DNA of 39,276 bases from Clostridia bacterium (GTDB taxonomy: Bacteria; Bacillota; Clostridia; TANB77; CAG-465). Made by a program: the position numbers and the translations under genes. Of the stretch, positions 1 to 7,905 are shown piece by piece; the stretch's first letter is position 1; every line of letters starts with the position of its first letter. A model generated the notes under the pieces. The model was not told where the DNA came from and made no database searches. It saw only the letters and a list, made by a program, of their open reading frames with translations. Location of the stretch: assembly GCA_045659265.1 (NCBI GenBank), contig JAZOWO010000135.1, forward strand, positions 1-39,276, written 5' to 3'.

Positions 1-779
1 TAATTATGGATAAATATGAAGAATATTACTCAGAAATTAAAGCAAATAGAGCTGTAGTACTTGAAGTATTAAGAGTAGAAAAAACTAAGTTTAACAAGAC
101 TCTAGAAAATGGTCTTAAAGAATTTGAAAAAGAAGTATCTAGATTACAAGGAAACGCAATAAACAAAGATATGGCATTTAGATTATATGATACTTTTGGA
201 TTCCCACTAGAATTAACAGTAGAACTAGCAAGTGAAAAAGGAATTACTGTTGATGAAGAAGGATTCAAAGAAAAATTCAAAGAACACCAAGAAAAGAGTA
301 GAGCTGGCTCTGAAGCTAAATTTAAAGGCGGTCTTGCTGGAAATGGTGAAATGGAAACTAAGTACCACACAGCAACTCACTTATTAAATGCAGCACTAAA
401 GAGAGTAGTTGGACCAGATGTACATCAAAAAGGTTCAAACATAACAGCTGAAAGAATGCGTTTTGACTTCTCATGTGATCACAAATTATCTGAAGAAGAA
501 AAAGCAGAAGCAGAAAAACTAGTAAATGAATGGATAGCAGCAGCTATAGATGTTGTGGTAGAAGAAATGCCTAAAGATGAAGCTATTAAATCTGGAGCAG
601 AGTGTATGTTTATAGAGAAATATCCAGATGTTGTAACAGTATACACAATTGGAGATGTTTCTAAAGAACTATGCGGTGGACCTCACGTTAAGAATACAAG
701 TGAACTTGGTAAATTTGTAATTAAAAAAGAAGAAGCAAGTTCAGCAGGAGTAAGAAGAATAAAAGCTATTCTAGAATAG
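1..779 (+). CDS. alaS: Alanine--tRNA ligase, 3' part (runs off the left edge); short form ending after the editing domain
   Basis: Motifs FRLYDTFGFPLELT, HTATHLL, RFDF, ELCGGPHV and SSAGVRRIKA; the frame is open at the window edge. Confidence 0.95.
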   Translation, partial: IMDKYEEYYSEIKANRAVVLEVLRVEKTKFNKTLENGLKEFEKEVSRLQGNAINKDMAFRLYDTFGFPLELTVELASEKGITVDEEGFKEKFKEHQEKSRAGSEAKFKGGLAGNGEMETKYHTATHLLNAALKRVVGPDVHQKGSNITAERMRFDFSCDHKLSEEEKAEAEKLVNEWIAAAIDVVVEEMPKDEAIKSGAECMFIEKYPDVVTVYTIGDVSKELCGGPHVKNTSELGKFVIKKEEASSAGVRRIKAILE

Positions 780-788
780 GAGTAAATT

Positions 789-1127
789 ATGGATTGTATA
801 TTTTGTAAAATATTAAATGGAGAAATTCCTAGTAAAAAAGTTTATGAAGATGAATTTGTTTACGCATTTTATGATATAAATCCTATGGCACCAGTACATG
901 TAATAGTTATACCAAAAGAACATATTGAATCTGCAAATAGCATAGATGAAACTAATTCAATTAATGTTGCTAAAGTATTTGAAGCAATACCACAAGTAGC
1001 AAAAGAATTAGGTTTAGAAGATGGCTATAGAGTAATAACTAACATTGGTGAAAATGGTGGACAAACAGTTAAGCATATACATTTCCACATACTTGGTGGA
1101 ACAAAGCTTGCTGGTAAGTTAGTATAA
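789..1127 (+). CDS. Histidine triad (HIT) nucleotide-binding protein
   Basis: N-terminal DCIFCKI, GQTVKHIHFHILGG triad; RBS AGGAG upstream. Confidence 0.95.
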   Translation: MDCIFCKILNGEIPSKKVYEDEFVYAFYDINPMAPVHVIVIPKEHIESANSIDETNSINVAKVFEAIPQVAKELGLEDGYRVITNIGENGGQTVKHIHFHILGGTKLAGKLV

Positions 1128-1158
1128 AAGCGGTGGTTCAGCCGTTAAAGTGGAACTT

Positions 1159-1194
1159 AAAAAGAGGTTAGAGCTAAGCTTTAACTTCTTTTTT
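1159..1194 (+). terminator. Rho-independent terminator after alaS-HIT
   Basis: AAAAAGAGGTTAGAGC-TAA-GCTTTAACTTCTTTTTT hairpin plus U-tract. Confidence 0.8.
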
Positions 1195-1220
1195 GCAACT
1201 TTATTTAATATTACTGTTAT
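1194..1220 (+). promoter_or_regulatory. Putative ECF-sigma (autoregulatory) promoter
   Basis: TGCAAC-N16-GTTAT directly upstream of the ECF sigma gene; resembles the AAC...(C)GT pattern of ECF promoters. Confidence 0.45.
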
Positions 1221-1242
1221 GTATATATGAAAGCAGGTAATT

Positions 1243-3066
1243 ATGGAAAAGAATTCAGATGAAAAGATATATATCGAATATTTAAATGGAAATAATGAGT
1301 CGTTAGAAAAGTTATATGCACTGTATAAAAACAAGCTTGTATACTTTGTAAATAACATTGTAAAAGACTATGAAAAGGCAGAAGATATTGTACAAGATAC
1401 CTTTATATATGTAATTGAAAATACAAAGAAAGAAGATGTATCTTTTAAGTATTACATATATTTGGTAGCCAAAAGTAAAGCTCTTAATTATATAAACAAG
1501 GAAAATAGAAGAAAAGAAATAGTAGATAAATACTTTAGTGGAAACGAAGAAGTTTTGGAAGAAGATTTGTTAGATGTTATAGCCACTAAAGAGAATAAAG
1601 AAAAAGTATTAAGTGCTATAGATGAACTTGAAGATAAATACAAAAATGCAATATATCTTGTATATATAGAAAAAATGTCATATGAACAAACGGCTGAAAT
1701 TCTTGGACAAACTTTAACTAATACAAAAACAATTATATATAGAGGTAAAAACAAGTTAAGAAAAATCCTGCTTAAGAAAGGATTAGATGATATGAATAAA
1801 GTTACAAAAGTGTTTATTTTAGCAGTGCTAATCATGTTGGGTATGACAGGAGTAGTATTTGCAGGAATTAAGATATACAAAATGTTTAATACTAATTATA
1901 AAGTATCAATGAAGCCTACTTTTGAAAGCACTATAGACAAAAATACAGCTAATAATCTATGGGTAGGAACATTAGATCTAGCTTGGAGTGAATTAAAAGA
2001 CACTTTAGGAAAAGAAAAAATTGAATTTGAAGAAAGTATAGATATAGTAAATGAACTTAATAATAGCTCATTTGGAAAAGAAAATTTAGATAAAGAAGAC
2101 TATGTTGTAAATGTAACAAAAACAGATATGAATGGATATAAAATAGAAGCTGAACTAAATAAGACACTTACATTTATAGAGTCTTTTGATAATCTTACTG
2201 ATGAAGAAGATAAGCCATTTGGTAAAGGCACAGAAAATGTAAAATGGTTTGGGATAAATAACGCAAGTAAAGAAAAACTAAATAAAAATGTACAAGTTTT
2301 ATTCTATGATGAAGGAGATAATGAGAATAAAGAATTTGCAGTTAAATTACAAACACAAGAAGGCGATGAAATTATATTATATAAAACAAAATCAGATAAA
2401 TCTTTTGATGAAATGTATAAAGTAGTGAAACAAAAAGCGGAGCAATATAAAGGTAGTAAGAAATTCACAAATGATGACGAAATATTGATTCCATATGTAA
2501 GAGTAAATGGATTAATTAGTTATAACGAACTTTATGGAAAAACAATAAAGGATACAAATGGATTAATCATGTATGATGTTGTACAAAAGGTTAATTTTTA
2601 TCTAAATGAAAAAGGTTGTAATTTAAAGAGTTCATTAAGTATGGCAACGGAATATTTAAGTGCAGGAAATAGATATTTTTATTATACAGACACGTTCGTA
2701 ATATTCATGAGAGAGGGAGAAACAGATAAACCATATTTTGCACTTAAAGTAGATGATGACAATATAATCGAGAAAAAAGAAGAAAGCAATTTACCTAAAA
2801 TAGTAGATTTTACAGTTGTAGAACCTAAATCAGCTACTAATATACAAAAAGGTGAATATAAATTTTTCGAGGATGAAAAGTATGAATACTATTATGAAAG
2901 TAAAAAAACAAAATATGTTGTAGTATTCTTTAATAATGGGGATATGATAACAGTAGAAGAAGCGCTTAAGAATGGTAAAATAACAATTAATATCTTAGAT
3001 GATTATGGTGTAGAATATATTAAGAAGGAAAAAGTAATAGGTAAGTGTGGAACAATAATAGAATAG
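1243..3066 (+). CDS. ECF sigma-70 factor fused to a TM helix and a large extracytoplasmic, serpin-like domain
   Basis: Region 2 (AEDIVQDTF) and region 4 (MSYEQTAEILG..TKTIIYRGK) in aa 1-180; hydrophobic VFILAVLIMLGMTGVVFAGI; serpin-like VVQKVNFYLNEKG...FVIFMRE..T..PYF. Confidence 0.8.
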   Translation: MEKNSDEKIYIEYLNGNNESLEKLYALYKNKLVYFVNNIVKDYEKAEDIVQDTFIYVIENTKKEDVSFKYYIYLVAKSKALNYINKENRRKEIVDKYFSGNEEVLEEDLLDVIATKENKEKVLSAIDELEDKYKNAIYLVYIEKMSYEQTAEILGQTLTNTKTIIYRGKNKLRKILLKKGLDDMNKVTKVFILAVLIMLGMTGVVFAGIKIYKMFNTNYKVSMKPTFESTIDKNTANNLWVGTLDLAWSELKDTLGKEKIEFEESIDIVNELNNSSFGKENLDKEDYVVNVTKTDMNGYKIEAELNKTLTFIESFDNLTDEEDKPFGKGTENVKWFGINNASKEKLNKNVQVLFYDEGDNENKEFAVKLQTQEGDEIILYKTKSDKSFDEMYKVVKQKAEQYKGSKKFTNDDEILIPYVRVNGLISYNELYGKTIKDTNGLIMYDVVQKVNFYLNEKGCNLKSSLSMATEYLSAGNRYFYYTDTFVIFMREGETDKPYFALKVDDDNIIEKKEESNLPKIVDFTVVEPKSATNIQKGEYKFFEDEKYEYYYESKKTKYVVVFFNNGDMITVEEALKNGKITINILDDYGVEYIKKEKVIGKCGTIIE

Positions 3067-3161
3067 TATAAATACAAGATAAAGTAATAACATTAATATA
3101 GTTATTACTTTATTTGCATTTTTCGACAAATTCATATATAATATGCTCACTAGGTGGTAAT

Positions 3162-4085
3162 ATGTTAAGACTAGTTGTAGTAAATCCTGTTTGTGGTAAC
3201 GCAAAAGGTGAGAGATACTTAAAAGGTATAAAAAAGGTATTTGAGAATATTAAAAAAGATGGATTAATACCAAATGATGAAGTTGTATTTGAACTAACAA
3301 AATGTGTAGGGGATGCAACTGTAATTGTTAAGGAATATATTAAGAAGTATGCTAAAGAGGAAATTGTGGTATATGTTGTAGGTGGAGATGGAACTTTAGG
3401 TGAAGTTGCTACTGCATGTATAAATGTACCTAATATTTCTATCGTAGCAATCCCAAAAGGCACAGGAAACGATTTTTCTAGAATGCTAAACGAATATACC
3501 GGGATGAGAAAAATAATACGTAGAAGCCTTGTAAACGAGCCTGAAATGGTGGACAGTATATTGTTTAACAAAGATAAGATTTGCATTAATGTATTAAATA
3601 CAGGATTAGATGCTGCTATTGCAGATAATATGAATTTATTTAGAAAATGGAGATTTTTATCTGGTAGTATGAAATACAAATTAGCAATTGTGTATACATT
3701 ATTTAGAGCTAAACAGTATAGACTAAAGATAAGAGTAGACGATAAAGTATTTAAAGGTAAATATACTCTTGCAGCTATAGGTAATAGCAAATATTATGGT
3801 GGTGGAATTAAGATTTTACCTAATGCAGATATGTCTAATGGAATACTTGAAGTATGTTTAATTGATGCAACAACAATGCTTCAAAAATTAAACTTCTTAC
3901 CTAAACTTATGAAAGGTAAGCATGAGGGACTTCCTGTTGTGCATATGTTAGAAGGTAAAGAAATTAGTGTTGTATCATATAAAAAGATACCAGTAAGTAT
4001 TGATGGTGAAATAATACACACTAATAGATTTAAGGCTAAAATATTAGAAAAAAGTATCAAAATAATAAAAACACTTGACAAATAA
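3162..4085 (+). CDS. Diacylglycerol/lipid kinase family protein (YegS/DgkB type)
   Basis: [30 protein letters not shown] and IDGE motifs; start moved to ATG 3162 behind RBS AGGTGG. Confidence 0.9.
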   Translation: MLRLVVVNPVCGNAKGERYLKGIKKVFENIKKDGLIPNDEVVFELTKCVGDATVIVKEYIKKYAKEEIVVYVVGGDGTLGEVATACINVPNISIVAIPKGTGNDFSRMLNEYTGMRKIIRRSLVNEPEMVDSILFNKDKICINVLNTGLDAAIADNMNLFRKWRFLSGSMKYKLAIVYTLFRAKQYRLKIRVDDKVFKGKYTLAAIGNSKYYGGGIKILPNADMSNGILEVCLIDATTMLQKLNFLPKLMKGKHEGLPVVHMLEGKEISVVSYKKIPVSIDGEIIHTNRFKAKILEKSIKIIKTLDK

Positions 4086-4103
4086 TGATAAATAATATAA
4101 AAT
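4075..4103 (+). promoter_or_regulatory. SigA promoter for the tRNA pair
   Basis: TTGACA-N17-TAAAAT ending 12 nt before tRNA-His. Confidence 0.7.
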
Positions 4104-4114
4104 AATTTGTGTTC

Positions 4115-4192
4115 GGTGGATATAGCTCAGTTGGTTAGAGCGCCAGGTTGTGGCCCTGGAGGTCATGGGTTCGACTCCCATTATTCACCCCA
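4115..4192 (+). tRNA. tRNA-His (GTG)
   Basis: Cloverleaf with G-1, acceptor GTGGATA/TATTCAC, anticodon arm CCAGG-TTGTGGC-CCTGG, T loop TTCGACT, encoded CCA. Confidence 0.97.
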
Positions 4193-4205
4193 CAAAACAA
4201 TATAT

Positions 4206-4280
4206 TGGGATGTCGCCAAGTGGTAAGGCACCACACTTTGACTGTGGCATTCGTTGGTTCGAATCCAGCCATCCCAGCCA
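4206..4280 (+). tRNA. tRNA-Gln (TTG)
   Basis: Acceptor TGGGATG/CATCCCA, anticodon arm CCACA-CTTTGAC-TGTGG, TTCGAAT, encoded CCA. Confidence 0.97.
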
Positions 4281-4288
4281 AGTAACAT

Positions 4289-4328
4289 ATCTCGGAAACG
4301 CTTAAACATAGCGTTTCTGAGATTTTTT
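4289..4328 (+). terminator. Terminator after the tRNA pair
   Basis: ATCTCGGAAACGCT...AGCGTTTCTGAGAT plus T-run. Confidence 0.75.
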
Positions 4329-4460
4329 AATATGTGATTCACATATTTTTATATTTTAAATAAAAATATGTTCATAAAATAGAAATGATATAACAAAAGT
4401 TGATTGAATAATATATTTTATTATAATATAATTAGGTTAGAGGGGAGTATAATTTAACTT

Positions 4461-5573
4461 ATGAAAAATTATTATGATATATTAGAAGTAAGTCCTAATG
4501 CATCAGAAGAAGTTGTAAAAATGGCATATAAAGCATTGGTCAAGAAATATCATCCAGATGTTATGGGCGAAGCAGGAAATAATAAAATAAAAGAAATAAA
4601 TGAGGCTTATGAGGTTTTAATCAATCCGGAAAAAAGAAGACGATACGATATAATTAACGGGAATATTAATGAAAAAGAACAAGATGCTGAAGATGTAAAT
4701 ATAAATAATTATACTCAAGCTAATTACTCATATACTCAGACAGAAGAGAATGTAGATAAACAGGTGTTTAACAGTGACAGTTTAAATCAAAATAATACTA
4801 CATTAGTTATTAATCATAAGTGGATAAGTTTATTTGTTCTTTTTTTGTTTGTTTTGAGTATACATTCCATAGTGTCAACAATAAGCAGGTTAGAATCAAA
4901 TATGAATTTATATCCTGAAGTTAATAATAGCGGTGTTAATATTAGTACACCGGATATAAATATAAGCAACAATAATGTACAGAATGTTGTCGTAAATGCA
5001 AAAACATTTAAATTAGGATCTCCACAAGAATATGTACAAGAAGTAATGGGCGTACCAGATAGGATTGATGATTATAGTTATTTTTCATATTGGTATTATG
5101 GTTCGTCTGAAATAAAGTTTGATGAGAATGATAAAGTTTGTGGATGGGATAATAATGGTAATTTAAAAGTAAATCAAGGAAAGCAAGCAACAAATAACAC
5201 ATTCTATTTAGGCTCTACTCAATCACAAGTGATTAATGCAATGGGCACACCAAATAAAATAGATGATTATAGTTATTTTTCATATTGGTATTATGGTTCA
5301 TCTGAAATAAAGTTTGATGAGAATGATAAGGTTTGTGGATGGGATAATAATGGTAATTTAAATATAGCACAAACCCAAAAGGTAGCTAATAGTACATTTA
5401 AATTAGGATCAACAAAAGAACAAGTTGCAAATGCGATGGGAATACCCGATGGAATAGATGATTATAGTTATTTTTCATATTGGTATTATGGTTCATCTGA
5501 AATAAAGTTTGATGAGAATGATAAAGTTTGTGGATGGGATAATGGAAGTATCCCTTTAACTATCGGATATTAA
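4461..5573 (+). CDS. J-domain (DnaJ-type) membrane protein with three 65-aa C-terminal repeats (BamE/SmpA-like pattern)
   Basis: NYYDILEV..KKYHPD..INEAYEVL J domain; TM WISLFVLFLFVLSI; 3x FxLGS.qeqV..aMG.Pd.IDDYSYFSYWYYGSSEIKFDENDKVCGWDN. Confidence 0.85.
   Translation: MKNYYDILEVSPNASEEVVKMAYKALVKKYHPDVMGEAGNNKIKEINEAYEVLINPEKRRRYDIINGNINEKEQDAEDVNINNYTQANYSYTQTEENVDKQVFNSDSLNQNNTTLVINHKWISLFVLFLFVLSIHSIVSTISRLESNMNLYPEVNNSGVNISTPDINISNNNVQNVVVNAKTFKLGSPQEYVQEVMGVPDRIDDYSYFSYWYYGSSEIKFDENDKVCGWDNNGNLKVNQGKQATNNTFYLGSTQSQVINAMGTPNKIDDYSYFSYWYYGSSEIKFDENDKVCGWDNNGNLNIAQTQKVANSTFKLGSTKEQVANAMGIPDGIDDYSYFSYWYYGSSEIKFDENDKVCGWDNGSIPLTIGY
5067..5543 (+). repeat. Three near-identical 87-nt coding repeats with a 195-nt period
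   Basis: Copies start at 5067, 5262 and 5457 (GATGATTATAGTTATTTTTCATATTGG...GGATAAT) and differ at only 1-2 positions. Confidence 0.95.
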
Positions 5574-5715
5574 TTATATAGGCTCTATAAAAGTAATAGT
5601 TATTACCAATGAAAAACAATTAAATTTAATATAATTGTTTAACTAAAATTAATTTAACAAAACCAGATTTATCTGGTTTGTGGAGAGCTACTATCCAGCT
5701 ATACCAGCCAAGTGT

Positions 5716-5741
5716 GAACACTCGTAAGAGTGTTCTTTTTT
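5716..5741 (+). terminator. Terminator after the displaced tRNA-Gln 3' fragment
   Basis: GAACACTC-GTAA-GAGTGTTC-TTTTTT. Confidence 0.75.
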
Positions 5742-5786
5742 GTATATTATATAAGAATAAACCTACACAAATTATAGTGTGTAGGT

Positions 5787-6026
5787 TTATTCTTTAATAT
5801 CTATGTTTTCAAAAATCGGATCATTGAAGAAATCTTTTAGTTTTATATCTAACGCTTCACATATAAATTCGATTATATCTATTCTTAAAAAATTTCTTTT
5901 TCCGGCTAAAAATTTTGATAGAGTAGCTCTAGATATTCCAGCAAGAAAACTTAATTTAGAAACAGTTAAATTTCTTTCGGCTATTAAATTGTTTATTCTT
6001 ATTCTAATTGCTTGTGCTAAATCCAC
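5787..6026 (-). CDS. XRE-family helix-turn-helix regulator
   Basis: LTVSKLSFLAGISRATLSKF..IEFICEALDIKLKDFF; GTG start at 6026 behind AAGGAG; terminator-like inverted repeat at 5759-5788. Confidence 0.85.
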   Translation of the reverse strand: MDLAQAIRIRINNLIAERNLTVSKLSFLAGISRATLSKFLAGKRNFLRIDIIEFICEALDIKLKDFFNDPIFENIDIKE

Positions 6027-6138
6027 GAAAACCACTCCTTATACAACACGGTTGTTTATATGGATTGTATCAAAGTTAATTAAAAGTTTTGTTGACAATT
6101 GCCAACAAGTAAGTTATTATTTAATAAAGGAGAAAAAT

Positions 6139-6537
6139 ATGGAAAAAAATAAAGTGATAGATTATTTAAAAGATTTTTGGAGAGATATTGTAAATATTGA
6201 AGGAAGGATAACAGGAAAAGACTTTTTTATAACTTATCTATTATTAGCGTTAGTTTCAATTGTATTGTTTGTAAGTGTAATAGGTATAGTTTTATTACCA
6301 ATTTTCTGGCTAATATGCTTAGTAGGAATATTTACAATGGCTATGAGAAGATTAAACGATATAGGAAAAAGCAGATGGTATATAATACTGCTATTTATCC
6401 CGTTTTTAGTTAATATAATTTTCTTAATATATTTATGGTGTAGTCCAAGTAAAAGTATTGGCGAAAACGAGAATGAAGAAGTAAAAGTTTCAAGTGAAAC
6501 GGAAAAAACTAAAAAGAGAAAGAAAATTATTTTTTAG
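6139..6537 (+). CDS. DUF805-family inner-membrane protein
   Basis: EGRITGKDFF and RRLNDIGKSRW motifs with TM helices; ATG 6139 behind AAGGAG. Confidence 0.8.
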   Translation: MEKNKVIDYLKDFWRDIVNIEGRITGKDFFITYLLLALVSIVLFVSVIGIVLLPIFWLICLVGIFTMAMRRLNDIGKSRWYIILLFIPFLVNIIFLIYLWCSPSKSIGENENEEVKVSSETEKTKKRKKIIF

Positions 6538-6556
6538 TTAAAAGTGAGGTAAGTTT

Positions 6557-7048
6557 ATGATAATTAATACGGATCCGATTAAAGATTTAGGTTTTATGAT
6601 GATTATAGGCACGTGCTTTATTGGTGCAACTCTTTGTACTACAAATGTGTTTATGAATGGAGAAATAGACCAAGTTTTACGTCTTGTACTGTTAGTCGGC
6701 GCAGTTATTTCTTTAATATTAGGAATAATAACTACAATAAAATTTAACAAAAGTTCAAAAGAAAAAAATAAAATTATAAAGGGATTACTAAAGTATAAAA
6801 AATTTATGGTTGCTACTAATCAATATACAATCACAGCTATTGCAGAAGAATTTGACGAAACAGAAGAAGATGTAGAAAAATTTATACAAAAAGCTATAGA
6901 TGAACATATACTTTTAAATGTTTATTTATCTAAAAAAACAAAAGAATTATTATTAATACATAAAAAGAATACTTCTAATAAGGCAAAGATTAATCAACAA
7001 AACGTTAGTGTAGAAAATAATGTTATTATAAATGAAAAGAGCGAGTAA
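6557..7048 (+). CDS. Hypothetical membrane protein (2 TM plus a possible winged-helix C-terminus)
   Basis: RBS GAGGT; two hydrophobic segments; TITAIAEEFDETEEDVEKFIQKAI helix pattern. Confidence 0.6.
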   Translation: MIINTDPIKDLGFMMIIGTCFIGATLCTTNVFMNGEIDQVLRLVLLVGAVISLILGIITTIKFNKSSKEKNKIIKGLLKYKKFMVATNQYTITAIAEEFDETEEDVEKFIQKAIDEHILLNVYLSKKTKELLLIHKKNTSNKAKINQQNVSVENNVIINEKSE

Positions 7049-7054
7049 ACGGGG

Positions 7055-7531
7055 ATGAATCTTATGGATAAAAATCAAAATATTAACATAAATTTTAATA
7101 TTAAAATTAATAGAAACAAACTTATTTTAATTATCGTATTATTAATTGGGGTTCTAATAGCAGTTAGATGTTATAATGTAAAAGATTATATAGGTGAATG
7201 GGAAGGTACATATGTTAATCAATATTCAGATGGAACAAAGGGATTAGTACCCGGAAAGATAGTCGAAGATTATATTGTGAAAATAAACTTTTGGGGAGTT
7301 GTAGAAATAGAAAATTATTGGGGGCTATTTGAACAAAAAGAGAAAAATGGATTATACACTGAAAGTTTTTCAAATAAATCAAACTTATCAGGCTACCTAT
7401 TTAAAAAACACGGTAAGACATATTTAAAATATAATGAATCGGATAATAAAAAAATAGCGGAACTTGAATGGATTAATTATAATAAAATAAATATGATTTT
7501 ATCAGACTATGAAGTAAGTTTAACAAAATAA
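7055..7531 (+). CDS. Hypothetical membrane-anchored/exported protein
   Basis: N-terminal TM LILIIVLLIGVLIAV followed by a YIGEW motif typical of small beta-barrel domains; the start may be ATG 7064. Confidence 0.6.
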   Translation: MNLMDKNQNININFNIKINRNKLILIIVLLIGVLIAVRCYNVKDYIGEWEGTYVNQYSDGTKGLVPGKIVEDYIVKINFWGVVEIENYWGLFEQKEKNGLYTESFSNKSNLSGYLFKKHGKTYLKYNESDNKKIAELEWINYNKINMILSDYEVSLTK

Positions 7532-7542
7532 GGAGACAATAA

Positions 7543-7752
7543 ATGAATGATTTAAGATTACCGCTTTGGGGTGCAGTGCTTTTAGTAGTATTTTTCTTTT
7601 GCATGGGAATGTGGCAAATTGCATTAATTAATATAGGATTATTAGTAGTTCAGGTACTAGGAAAAGTCTTTTTTGATTTGGATGGAAGAGCGACTGTATT
7701 TTTGTTAGCGATAGTAATTTTGTTAATTGCATGGATTGCTGGTGCGTTTTAA
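7543..7752 (+). CDS. Small hydrophobic membrane protein
   Basis: RBS AAGGAG; almost entirely hydrophobic 69 aa; followed by a terminator at 7791-7824. Confidence 0.65.
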   Translation: MNDLRLPLWGAVLLVVFFFCMGMWQIALINIGLLVVQVLGKVFFDLDGRATVFLLAIVILLIAWIAGAF

Positions 7753-7905
7753 TATATGAAATATAATAAGTTTGAAAATATTAAATAACTAAAAGGATGC
7801 TGGTGATTACACCAGTATCTTTTTATACATATATTTAACTTTTTTCAATTGACAAATCATTAATTTTTTTGCTAGTATATATAGTATACATAAGGGGGAA
7901 TATAT

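Larger units (their letters stand above)
4263..5713. mobile_element. Small genomic islet integrated at the tRNA-Gln 3' end (no integrase inside)
   Basis: Direct repeat ATCCAGCCATCCCAGCCAAGT (4263-4283) vs ATCCAGCTATACCAGCCAAGT (5693-5713), 19/21 identical; the second copy is followed by a terminator. Confidence 0.65.

Noticed and set aside
5067-5543. Near-identical repeats read as DGR template/variable repeats
   Set aside because: No reverse transcriptase is present; the copies are in-frame coding repeats with only 1-2 synonymous differences.
5803-6138. N-terminal extension of the 244-aa ORF
   Set aside because: It is the antisense shadow of the XRE gene; the real start is ATG 6139 with RBS AAGGAG.
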